Shown here one piece after another: positions 1 through 12,600 of a stretch of 48,087 nucleotides of DNA. The notes beneath the pieces were generated by a model that worked only from the letters and a program-made list of their open reading frames with translations, made no database searches and had not been told where the DNA came from. Each line of letters starts with the position of its first letter. The first letter of the stretch is position 1. Origin of the DNA: Macrostomum lignano (taxonomy: Eukaryota). The translations under genes and the position numbers were made by a program. The stretch covers positions 1 through 48,087 of the forward strand of contig NIVC01004374.1 in the NCBI GenBank assembly GCA_002269645.1, given 5' to 3'.

Positions 1-58
1 AGAAGTCTTTGTTCCAATCTGGCTTCAAAGGACCCGCCGCCTCCCACCGCCTACGCAG

Positions 59-3000
59 GTACTGCGCCGCACTCAGAAGCAGCTAATTGAATTTGTTCGC
101 GAGAACTACGTTAAACGGCCGCAGTTTGATAGGTAGACCAGCGACCTCAGAATCAATAATCCATAATGTTCCATACACCCTACTTTTTGAGGAGAATTGA
201 GTAGGCTAGTGGCGAATATTAATGCCTAGAATATTTTTAAAGCAAAAAATCCAAGCTTTAACGAATTATTTGGCATATTTGCGCGTTTAGCATATTTATA
301 TAGGATTAAAAAATTCGCCACTTGCCTACTCAAATCTTCACCAATTAAGTAGACTATATGGTACATTATTTGACTCGATTCCTTTGCAATCTTGTCAGGA
401 GCTCCAGCGGAGCCCGCTCGTTGCCCAGCAGGTCGCCAGCGGCGCGCCGGGCGCCGCACCTGCAGAGCGGCAGCGGCAGCGGCCACTGGCAGCAGCAGCA
501 GCAAAACAGCTCGGCGAGGTCGGCCGCTTCGACTTCTTCAGCCGGTCGCACGTCCTGCTTGCCGCGGCGCCAGTGCGGGCGTGGAAGTGGATTTTTATGG
601 CGGACAGCGCAGTCGCACTGCCGGCCGGGCAGCACTACCTTCAGGTGAGTTGTGTGTGAATGGGCACGGGACATTTCGTCCGGACAATTTTTCCGGTGAG
701 TCATTCCGTCCGGATAGTTTGTCCGGTGAGTCATTCCGTCCGGACAGTTTGTCCAGTGAGTCATTCCGTCCGGATAGTTTGTCCGGTGAGTCATTCCGTC
801 CGGAAAGTTTGTCCGGTGAGTCATTCCGTCCGGACAGTTTGTCCGTGAGTCATTCCGTCCGGACAGTTTGTCCGTGAGTCATTCCGTCCGGACAGTTTTT
901 CCGGTGAGTCATTCGGTCCGGATAGTTTGTCCGGTGAGTCATTCCATCCGGACAGTTTGTCCAGTGAGTCATTTCGTTCGTACAATTCCTTCGGGAGGAT
1001 TATTTCCTCCGGATAATTTTTCAACTTATCACCACAAACCCCTCCTCACTACTATCGGCAGGACCAGCAGCAGCAGTACCAATACTATCAGCAGCCGATG
1101 CCTCCAGCAGCCGAGCCCGCTTCTATTGGCAACAATCATCGTTCCGTGTCGGTGTCTCCTCGGGGCTACGCCGGCTCCGCTGCCACCTCAGCCGCCGCCG
1201 CAACACCGGCCATGCCTTACCCGGTGCCCGCTGCCACCGCTGCGGCTCCGGTCAGACTTCACGGCCACTCCCGGTCCCGCTCGCTGCCGACGACGAGTCG
1301 CCCCCGTCGCCCCCGTCGCCGCCGCCGCCGCTGCCGCCGCCGCTTCTTTCCTCCAATCTCCAGCAGCTGTCGCCTTCGACTTCTCCGCCGCTGCCGCCGT
1401 CGCTGCCGCCGTCGCTGCCGCCGCCGCTGCTGCACGACGATGATTTTATTGGCCACGACGTCGGAGATGTTGTCTTGGACAACGGCGTCATCGTATCGGC
1501 ACCGTCGTCGCATCGATATCGGCAGCACCAGCGGCACCGACTCGACGACTCCGCCACTGACGACCAGCGGACGATGAGGAGGCATGTGAAGCGACGCCCG
1601 ACGAAGCTGACGATCTGAGCGGGCATCATCGCCATTACACTGGAGGCGTCGGCGGCTTCCGACGCAGCGCTATCGACGATTTCGTCGCTCGTCGAGCTGT
1701 GTGCGTCGATTTGAACAGCTCCAGCGACTCGGAGCTGGCGACAGCTGGCGAGCCGCCAAATTCAACAAGTCGATCGTCGGAGTTGAAGGCGCGCCGCCGC
1801 TGCCGGTACGGTTGCGACTTCCTGAGACTCAGGCCGGCACCGCCGCCTCCGCTGACGACGGCCTGATGGTGACGCTGGACAATCTGCCTCCGCTGGACAA
1901 TTTCTCCTACAGAGACGACACCGTGGCAACGCCGCCAGTGGCCGCGGCTGAACGATTGGCCAACACGGAGGCTACGTGAACTCGCACCGGGGCTACCGGT
2001 TCGCCTCTGACCTGCTGCTGTACTATGAGGACGGCGTGGTCGGTCCGCATCCTCAGCAGCAGCAGCAGCAGCAGCAGCAGAGGCCAGTTCCGGCTCCGTT
2101 GTTACTTGGCGCCGCAACATCGGCTGCCGACAGTCAGGACAGTCAGGACGAGCTGGCCGCCTATCTTGGCGGTATCGCCGGCACCAGCGCCAGGTACTTC
2201 CAGCAGCACCAGCCGAAGCACCCCCAGCAGCCGCAGCGTCACCTTCGTCACGGTCCGTCTGCGGCGTCGTCAAATTCCATCGACGACGACGACGACGACG
2301 ACGAAGGAGACGATGCCGGCGGCGGTGTCGACGAGCGGATGAGCCGGCCGAGGTCGGTCAGCCGGCTGGAGAGCGCGCTGGCCACGCCGAAGACCGGGTC
2401 GCCGACGGCGGATCTGGACATTGACGACGATGAGGACGAGGACGATAATGATGAAGAACGAAGGGCAGCTGGGGAGCCGGAGGACGACTGGGATGATGAT
2501 GAGTTCGCCACCAGAGCGGACGCCGCCATGGAGGCCGAGGCGCAAGTCGTGCTTCGCAATCGAGCACCCCGAGAGGTGGCCGTCCAAGCGAACGACGCCT
2601 CGCTGGATAGCGACGACGGCGACGACAGTGCTGACGACTGGCAGCAGAGAAGCCGAGTTGTTGACAGCGAGACCCAGACGGCTGGCGGAGAAGTCGAACC
2701 GGTTGGAGTCGGCGTCGATGTTGCAGTTGTCGGCGGCCCGGTTTGGTCCGACACCGTCGGCGTGATGTCGGGCGCCAGCCTCAGCGTCGGTGTCGGGGTT
2801 GGCCGGGCTTCGTCACGCTGAGCACCGTCAACGAAGAGTCCGACGGCGGCGGCTCGGCGGCCAGCTGCCGCAGCGGCTCTGTCGAACTTGGCGGCGTCGG
2901 CGTTGCGGCGGCCAGCGCTCTCGCAATCTCGCTGCAGCAGAGCGAGTGCGTCCGCGTCGATCTCAGCAGCTCCAGCAGCTGCTCCGGCGACGGCGAGGGA

Positions 3001-3626
3001 GACAGAGATGGCGACGTCGAGGAAGATTCAGGCCCAAGGCCGCCAACGCCGCCGCCGCCTCCTAGTAAGTCGCTGCACTCGCCGGATTCCACGGCGTCGA
3101 ACTCCATCACCGGCGGAGGAGGCGGGGTGGCAGCCGGCTGCACCTCTCGTCGGGCTCCTCGCCCTCGTCCTCGTCCTCCGTCCAGTCGGTGGCCTCCGAC
3201 GACGACGCCTACGAGCAGCAGTTCGAGTCGCGGACTGAGCGGCTCCACTCGGCAGGCTCCGCCCCCGCCTTCGGGCCGCCGCCAACCGGCCCCCTGCCGC
3301 CGCCGCCGCCGCAGGCTCCGCCGCCGCCACCGCCGCCTCCTCCGCCGGCATTTTTCGGCCGTTCATCGGCGGCGCCAACGCTGGATGCTCTTCTTGAAGA
3401 GGCCGAGGCCGCATCCGCCGCGGCTTCGATGGCCGCGTCGCCCTCGCCGTCGCCGGCGCCAGCGGCGACAGCAGTGGCGGAGGAAGGCGCCGGGGTTCAG
3501 CGCCGCTCTCAGCCGGGCGATCCGGCGGCTCCGCAGCGCCGGTCCGGGCCGCCGATTCCGCCGCGCACAACCAGCATCTCCAGCTGGTCGCCTGTCATTG
3601 CCGCGCACCCGCTGTACGATGGAGAT

Positions 3627-3662
<36 letters not shown>

Positions 3663-6600
3663 GCGGCTGCAGACTCTTCTTCTACTGGCGAGGAGCACCT
3701 GGAGCAACAGCAGCTGCCACCGCCCCCGCCAGAGCTGCTGCATTTGCACCTGTTGGAGCATCAGGCCAGCAACTATACAAGGCGGCAGAACTTTTTTGCT
3801 AATCCGTACGCCGCCGCCGCGGAAACGCCGTGATATGCGGCGAGGGGTCTCGTTTGAGAGAGGACTACCGGTTTTACACGTTCATAATGGGCCACCAATA
3901 TGATTTTTGCGACGGGAGGACAAAGGACAAGGCAGATGTTAATTGGGCGCTGAAAGTGCGCCAAAGAGACTTAAAGACGTTAGGACAGATTCGGATGCTA
4001 AAACAGCATTAGGGGGCGCCAAGCCAGCATTTGGGGGCGCCAAGCCAGGATTTGGGGGCGCCAAACCAGCATGAGGGGGCGCCAAACTAGCATGAGGGGG
4101 CGCCAAACCAGCTTGAGGGGCGCCAAACCAGCATGAGGGGCGCCAAACCAGCATTAGGGGGCGCCAAACCAGCAGCATTAGGGGGCGCCAAACCAGCATT
4201 AGGGGGCGCCAAACCAGCATTAGGGGGCGCCAAACCACCAGCATTAGGGGGCGCCAAACCAACATTAGGGGGCGCCAAACCAGCAGCATTAGGGGGCGCC
4301 AAACCAGCAGCATTAGGGGGCGCCTAAAGCTTTTAAAGGCTTCAAAGGAAGCGCCAATGTGACAAATGAAAACCGCACCAAAGGTGCCAAAAGCAGTCTC
4401 AGGAGCGCTAAGGAGCTGTGTAGAATGGGACCAAATCATTATTAACCATCAGTTATGATCAGATTCCTTCATCAATAGGCATTGTTCCCTTTGTGCCATC
4501 CGAAGTTCAGCATACGTGGCACTCTACAATTTCCCCTTTGTGTATGAAACTCGTTGAATTATGTGACAGTTTTTTTACATTTACATTGGATCCTAGTGAT
4601 TAATGTATAGCATTGCTTCAATGCATGGTCTGGCGTTTGCCTGCATTTCTCCTGTTTTAGTTGAAGTTTATGTTATTATAATTTTTATATTAGTGCATTA
4701 TTGAATATATATTGTGTTACTATAAGGTATGTGTATAAATATTATTGCGGTAGTCCACGGACTTGGATGCGATGTCTCATTTGATCGACTATATCCAACC
4801 CCACACCCCATATCCAACCCCACACCCCATATCCAACCCCACACCCCATATCCAACCCCACACCCCATATCCAACCCCATACCCCATATCCAACCCCACA
4901 CCCCATATCCAACCCCATACCCCATATCCAATCCCACACCCCATATCCAACCCCAGACCCCATATCCAATCCCACACCCCATATCCAACCCCATACCCCA
5001 TATCCAATCCCACACCCCATATCCAATCCCACACCCCATATCCAACCCCACACCCCATATCCAACCCCACACCCCATATCCAACCCCATACCCCATATCC
5101 AACCCCACACCCCATATCCAACCCCACACCCCATATCCAGTTCCCCACACCCCATATCCAATCCCACACCCCATATCCAACCCCACACCCATATCCAATC
5201 CCACACCCCATATCCAGTTCCCCACACCCCATATCCAATCCCACACCCCATATCCAACCCCACACCCCATATCCAGTTCCCCACACCCCATATCCAATCC
5301 CACACCCCATATCCAACCCCACACCCCATATCCAATCCCACACCCCATATCCAACCCCACACCCCATATCCAACCCCACACCCCATATCCAACCCCACAC
5401 CTCATATCTAACCCCGCACTTCATATCCAACTTCACACCCCACACCCCATAGCAACCCCTACACCTGATTACATGTATTGTTTTTGCTTGACATCCTTCT
5501 TAGCAACCCATTTTTGTGGTCATATTTGCTAAACCATTTATGATGACGTTCTCTGACCTTGGCTGTTGTCTATAAAAAAGAAATTCTCGAGGCACAAAGC
5601 TTTGAGTAACTTTTAGTGCGATGTTTGTTTATAATAATTATTGAAACAGAAAATTAGTTCGTTTACAAAAAATTAATCTAGCATTGCTGACTGATGAAAG
5701 ATGCATTTGTTTAAATTTAACAAAGACTTCTTGGACAAAGAGTATTTTATGTACGATTTAGTCTATTCTATCTGTTCTAAGCAAGAATCTCTGTTGTGAA
5801 TATTCTACTTACTAAATAGTATATTTGGCGTATTTTATTGTATAATTCTGTTTTTGCTTCTGTCTATCTCGCGTTTTCTAGTCCTTGCTGAACTTATTAA
5901 TTTAATTAATTTCTTCTTAGGGAATTGTTTTGTTATAATTTGACCTGCTATTTATTTACTTTGGCACAAATATAATTTTGCATGCAGCTGTTAATAATGG
6001 CTCAACTAACGATAAACTTATCGAATAATTGCATTTTTATGGCTTTTATTTAAATGGTTTAAAGTGGCAGATGCTGACGGCAGAGGTACTTCGTGTGTCT
6101 GTTTCTCATGCGGCTGTTTCTCATAGTCTGTTTCTCATGCGTCTGTTTCTCATGCGTCTGTTTCTCATGCGTCTATTTCTCACACATGTACGTCTGTTTC
6201 TCCTCTCTGTTTCTCATGCGTCTGTTTCTCATGCTTCTTTTTCTCATGTCTGTTTCTCATGCGTCTGTTTCTCATGCGTCTATTTCTCATGTCTGTTTTG
6301 TGTCTGCTTCACGTACGTTTGTTTTACATGTCTGTTGCTCATACTTCTATTTCTCATTGTCATTATCTGTTTCTCATGCGTCGTTTTTTTATACTTTCGT
6401 GTTTTTCTCGTGTCCAAATTTTCTAATCAAAAGCGATTCGCTGCTACTTAAAGTAGCGAGTTTTCAATAATTCTACAAAAGTATAGTATCTTACTTTAGA
6501 ATTGTTTTAATGTTCAAAATACATTGCTAATGGCGTGGCGTGGGGGGGTTGCATCGACAGTGGCGTAGGTTGGGGTGCATTGATAGTGGCGTGGTTGGGG

Positions 6601-9600
6601 TGCATTGATAGTGGCGTGGTTGGGGTGCATTGATAGTGGCGTGGGTTGGGATGCATTGATAGTGGCGTGGTTGGGGTGCATTGATAGTGGCGTGGGTTGG
6701 GATGCATTGATAGTGGCGTGGGTAGGGGTGCATTGATAGTGGCGTGGTTGGGGTGCATTGATAGTGGCGTGGGTTGGGATGCATTGATAGTGGCGTGGGT
6801 TGGGATGCATTGATAGTGGCGTGGTTGGGGTGCATTGATAGTGGCGTGGTTGGGGTGCATTGATAGTGGCGTGGGTTGGGATGCATTGATAGTGGCGTGG
6901 GTTGGGATGCATTGATAGTGGCGTGGGTTGGGATGCATTGATAGTGGCGTGGGTTGGGATGCATTGATAGTGGCGTGGGTTGGGATGCATTGATAGTGGC
7001 GTGGGTTGGGATGCATTGATAGTGGCGTGGTTGGGGTGCATTGATAGTGGCGTGGGTTGGGATGCATTGATAGTGGCGTGGGTTGGGATGCATTGATAGT
7101 GGCGTGGTTGGGGTGCATTGATAGTGGCGTGGGTTGGGATGCATTGATAGTGGCGTGGGGTGGGTGCATTGATAGTGGCGTGGGGTGGGTGCATGGATAG
7201 TGGCGTGGGTTGGGATGCATTGATAGTGGCGTGGGTTGGGGTGCATTGATAGTGGCGTGGGTAGGGGTGCATGGATAGTGGCGTGGGTTGGGATGCATTG
7301 ATAGTGGCGTGGGTTGGGGTGCATTGATAGTGGCGTGGGGTGGGTGCATTGATAGTGGCGTGGGTAGGGTGCATGGATAAGTGGCGTGGGGTGCGTGCAT
7401 TGATAGTAGCGTGGGGTGGGTGCATTGATAGTGGCGTGGGTGGGTGCATTGATAGTGGCGTGGGGTGGGTGCATGGATAGTGGCGTGGGTTGGGATGCAT
7501 TGATAGTGGCGTGGGTTGGGATGCATTGATAGTGGCGTGGGGTGGGTGCATTGATAGTGGCGTGGGGTGGGTGCATTGATAGTGGCGTGGGGTGGGTGCA
7601 TGGATAGTGGCGTGGGTTGGGATGCATTGATAGTGGCGTGGGTTGGGGTGCATTGATAGTGGCGTGGGTAGGGGTGCATGGATAGTGGCGTGGGGTGGGT
7701 GCATGGATAGTGGCGTGGGTTGGGATGCATTGATAGTGGCGTGGGGTGGGTGCATTGATAGTGGCGTGGGTAGGGTGCATGGATAAGTGGCGTGGGGTGC
7801 GTGCATTGATAGTAGCGTGGGGTGGGTGCATTGATAGTGGCGTGGGGTGGGTGCATTGATAGTGGCGTGGGGTGGGTGCATGGATAGTGGCGTGGGTTGG
7901 GATGCATTGATAGTGGCGTGGGTTGGGGTGCATTGATAGTGGCGTGGGTAGGGGTGCATGGATAGTGGCGTGGGGTGGGTGCATGGATAGTGGCGTGGGT
8001 TGGGATGCATTGATAGTGGCGTGGGGTGGGTGCATTGATAGTGGCGTGGGGTGGGTGCATGGATAGTGGCGTGGGTTGGGATGCATTGATAGTGGCGTGG
8101 GTTGGGATGCATTGATAGTGGCGTGGGGTGGGTGCATTGATAGTGGCGTGGGGTGGGTGCATGGATAGTGGCGTGGGTTGGGATGCATTGATAGTGGCGT
8201 GGGTTGGGGTGCATTGATAGTGGCGTGGGTAGGGGTGCATGGATAGTGGCGTGGGGTGGGTGCATTGATAGTAGCGTGGGGTGGGGTAGGACGTACTGTA
8301 TAGGTCTCCTGCGTATGCACAATCAATGCATCATCTCTCTTCCCTAACTCTTCTCTCCTCTCACTTCTCTTCTCTCATCTCTCCCTTCTTCTCTCCTCTC
8401 ACTTCTCTTCTCTCATCTCTCCCTTCTTCTCTCATCTCCCCTCTTCTCTCATCTCTCCCCTTGTCTCTCATCTCTCCCCTTTTCTCTCCTCTCTCCACTC
8501 TTCTCTCCTCTTTCCCCGCATCTCCTCTCCTCTTTCCTCTTTTTCTCTATATTCCTTCTTTCCTCTCTTATCTCTCCCCTCTTCTCTCCTCTTTCCCCTC
8601 TTCTCTTCTCCATAGATACTGCAAGGTCTCCTATACAGTACGTCCTACCTCACCCCACGCCACTGTCTTGTCTATACAGTAAAGATGACAAGAATTTACA
8701 CCCACTAAATCTAAACACTGGGTATCGTCTCTGCAAAGCCAAGAATTTACGGATATATTTAGCATAGAAATCAGTCTGTTAGTTATCTAAGATCCACTCT
8801 GCTGCAACATCGTTCTGCTTTTTTCCAGACAGATTTCTGCAATATCTTTTGCAGATAAAATAATTAAACAAATTCAAATTATGCAAACTCAAAATCACTG
8901 CGAAATGGTGATTGCTTTTTTGATGGACTTTCGGCGCATTAGAAATTAGGGGATGCAGGATGGATACATGTGCCTGTGTGTGATGACACTTCATGAGGAC
9001 ATATGCAAACGCAATTATGTAAATAAATATTTTAATATACAATAACAAATAGAATCTTATTAAATTCTGGTAATACAAGCCATCTGAAACCGAAGTCCGG
9101 GCAGCAGCCCTGCGCCCTTACTAATTGATTTCCTGCTGGCCCTGAGAGGCATACGAGCTAATTAGCATAATTTATTCAGGCCTAGTTTTGGAGCAGCAGT
9201 CTGGTAAGCTCAGACACTATGGCCTCCGGGCTGCTCACTCAGCGGACTCAGAGCTCACCGCTTTGATGATGGAGGCTGTGTGGGCCATGAGCCCAAGATT
9301 CAATCAAGGAGAACAAGCGAGCAAAACTCTGGATTGCCGGCATAAAAACGTTTCACATGATTGACTCTCACGAGGTAGTCCAAAAGAAATCGCTTCTATC
9401 AAACAGAAGCAATGACAGACTGCAATCAGCCTTTTCGTGTCTCTGCCGCCATCCGAGATTTTTGCGTAGATTGCTTCAGCATCAACTTTATTTGAAGAGC
9501 TTTCTAAATCACTTTTATGTTCAGCCAGTTCCTCCTGCAATAGATTTCTCCCCTCATCTCTCATCTCTCCACTCTCCTATCATCTCTCCCTTCTTCTCTC

Positions 9601-12600
9601 ATCTCTCCCTTCTTCTATCATCTCTCCACTCTCCTATCATCTCTCCTCTCTTCTCTTATCTCTCCCTTCTTCTCTGATCTCTCCCTTCTTCTCTCATCTC
9701 TCCCCTCATCTCTCATCTCTCCTCTCTTCTCTCATCGCTCCCTTCTTTTCTTATCTCTCCCTTCTTCTCTTATCTCTCCCTTCATGTTCTCTCATCTCTC
9801 CCCTTTTCTCTCCTCTTTCCCTGCGTCTCCTCTCCCCTTTCCTCTCTTATCTCCTCTTTCCTCTATATTCCTTCTCCTTTCCTCTCTCATCTCTTCCTTC
9901 TTCTCTCTTTCCCCTCTTATCTCATCTTCCCCTCTTCTCATCTCTCCCCTCTTCTCTCATCTCTCCCTTCTTCTCTCATCTCTCCCCTCTTATCTCATCT
10001 TCCCCTCTTCTCCCATCTCTCCCTTCTTTTCTTATCTCTCCCTTCTTCTCTCATCTCTCCCTTTTTCTCTCATCTCTCCCCTTTTCTCTCCTCTTTTCCC
10101 GCGTCTCCTCTCCCCTTTCCTCTCTTATCTCCTCTTTCCTCTATATTCCTTCTCCTTTCCTCTCTCATCTCTTCCTTCTTCTCTCTTTCCCCTCTTATCT
10201 CATCTTCCCCTCTTCTCTCATCTCTCCCCTCTTCTCTCATCTCTCCCCTTTTCTCTCCTCTTTCCCCTCTTCTCATCTTCCCCTCTTCTCACATCTCTCC
10301 CCTCTTCTCTCATCTCTCCCCTCTCATCTCCTCTCTCCTCTTTTTTCTCTATTCCCTCTCCTTTCCTCTCTCATCTGGCCGGCAGCCATGGGCTGAAGTT
10401 CTTTATCAGGCCCTTGAGGTAAATAAGCTTGCCGACCCCTGGCTCTAAAAGTATGAGCTGGCACTCCCTGCAGTTCTGCCTTTTTGTGTCTCCCTTTTTG
10501 TCGAGTCTCGAGCCCCAGTCACTGCCCTGAGGCGGGATCTGTCTCCATCGGCCATCCCTGCCTGTCCCTTCAACTCATCGAGTACCCAAGTCAGCTGATT
10601 GGTCAGCCGAGCCCTTCAAAGCCGGCCCGACCGACTGTGGTCTGCTTTGGCATCCGGTGTCCGGCAAGTCTCAAGCAAGGAGCTGGTCATGCTGCAGACT
10701 TCTGCTCGAAACGTGAGTTTGCAAATTATAATTTTTTAGTAAGGCAAACTCTTGTGCTCGGAATCCTGTTCAAATTCCGTAAGGGAAATAGTCCTATCAC
10801 TCAAACCCGCACACCCCAGTCACTAAAACCCGCACACCCCAGTCACTCAAACCCGCACACCCCAGTCACTCAAACCCGCACACCCCAGTCACTAAAACCC
10901 GCACACCCCAGTCACTCAAACCCGCACACCCCAGTCACTCAACCCCGCACACCCCAGTCACTCAAACCCGCACACCCCAGTCACTCAAACCCGCACACCC
11001 CAGTCACTCAACCCCGCACACCCCAGTCACTCAAACCCGCACACCCCAGTCACTCAAACCCGCACACCCCAGTCACTCAAACCCGCACACCCCAGTCACT
11101 CAACCCCGCACACTCCAGTCACACAAATCCGCACACCCCAGTCACTAAAACCCGCACACTCCAGTCACACAAACCCGCACACCCCAGTCACTAAAACCCG
11201 CACACCCCAGTCACTCAAACCCGCACACCCCAGTCACTCAAACCCGCACACTCCAGTCACACAAACCCGCACACCCCAGTCACTAAAACCCGCACACCCC
11301 AGTCACTCAAACCCGCACACCCCAGTCACTCAAACCCGCACACCCCAGTCACTCAAACCCGCACACCCCAGTCACTCAAACCCGCACACTCCAGTCACAC
11401 AAATCCGCACACCCCAGTCACTCATTTCCGCACACCCCAGTCACTCAAACCCGCACACCCCAGTCACTCAAACCCGCACACCCCAGTCACTCAAACCCGC
11501 ACACCCCAGTCACTCAAACCCGCACACCCCAGTCACTCAAACCCGCACACTCCAGTCACACAAACCCGCACACCCCAGTCACTAAAACCCGCACACCCCA
11601 GTCACTCAAACCCGCACACCCCAGTCACTCAAACCCGCACACCCCAGTCACTCAAACCCGCACACCCCAGTCACTCAAACCCGCACACCCCAGTCACTCA
11701 AACCCGCACACCCCAGTCACTCAAACCCGCACACTCCAGTCACACAAATCCGCACACCCCAGTCACTCAAACCCGCACACCCCAGTCACTCAAACCCGCA
11801 CACCCCAGTCACTCAAACCCGCACACCCCAGTCACTCAAACCCGCACACTCCAGTCACACAAACCCGCACACCCCAGTCACTAAAACCCGCACACCCCAG
11901 TCACTCAAACCCGCACACCCCAGTCACTCAAACCCGCACACCCCAGTCACTCAAACCCGCACACCCCAGTCACTCAAACCCGCACACCCCAGTCACTCAA
12001 ACCCGCACACCCCAGTCACTCAAACCCGCACACTCCAGTCACACAAATCCGCACACCCCAGTCACTCATTTCCGCACACCCAGTCACATCCAGGCTCCGA
12101 GCTGCCCTACCAGCTGTGCAAGGAGCTGCTGCTGACGGAGCGCAGCTACCAGCTCGACCTTCGACTGGCCTGTCGGCATCTGCGAGAAGCCCCGACTGCA
12201 ACTGCGGCGACGACAGGCCAATCGGCGGCCGGGTCGTCAAGTTTCTGGCCGACTCTGGCGCCCTGCCTGGACCAGCTGGAGCTGCTCCGCTGCGAACACC
12301 GGCACCTGCTGACCGACCTGGAGCTGCGCCTCCGCGACTGGGAATCCGCCGCCGCCGAGCGTCGGAGACGTCGACGAGTTGCCGACCTGCTGCTCCTGCG
12401 GCTGCTCCGTCTGCTGCCGGCCTACAGGCGCCTGTCGACCGATGCGCCTCGGCTGGTCGGCACCGTCTGTTTGGCGCGACAAAACGGCGAGGTCGACGCC
12501 GTCGCAGTAAGCTTCTCGTCGATGACGCTGCACCGGCTGGTGCTGGCACCGGCGCACCGCCTGCTGCAGTACCGCCTGCTGTGCGACCGCCTGCTGCGTC

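Noticed and set aside
1252-3761. Multiple antisense and alternative-frame ORFs over the FARP linker exon
   Set aside because: Expected shadows of GC-rich trinucleotide-like coding sequence; no domain content.
10428-10441. Charlie/hAT-like terminus CTTGCCGACCCCTG, with a weakly hAT-like ORF at 9304-9564
   Set aside because: No partner TIR or TSD was found and the protein similarity is too weak to call.
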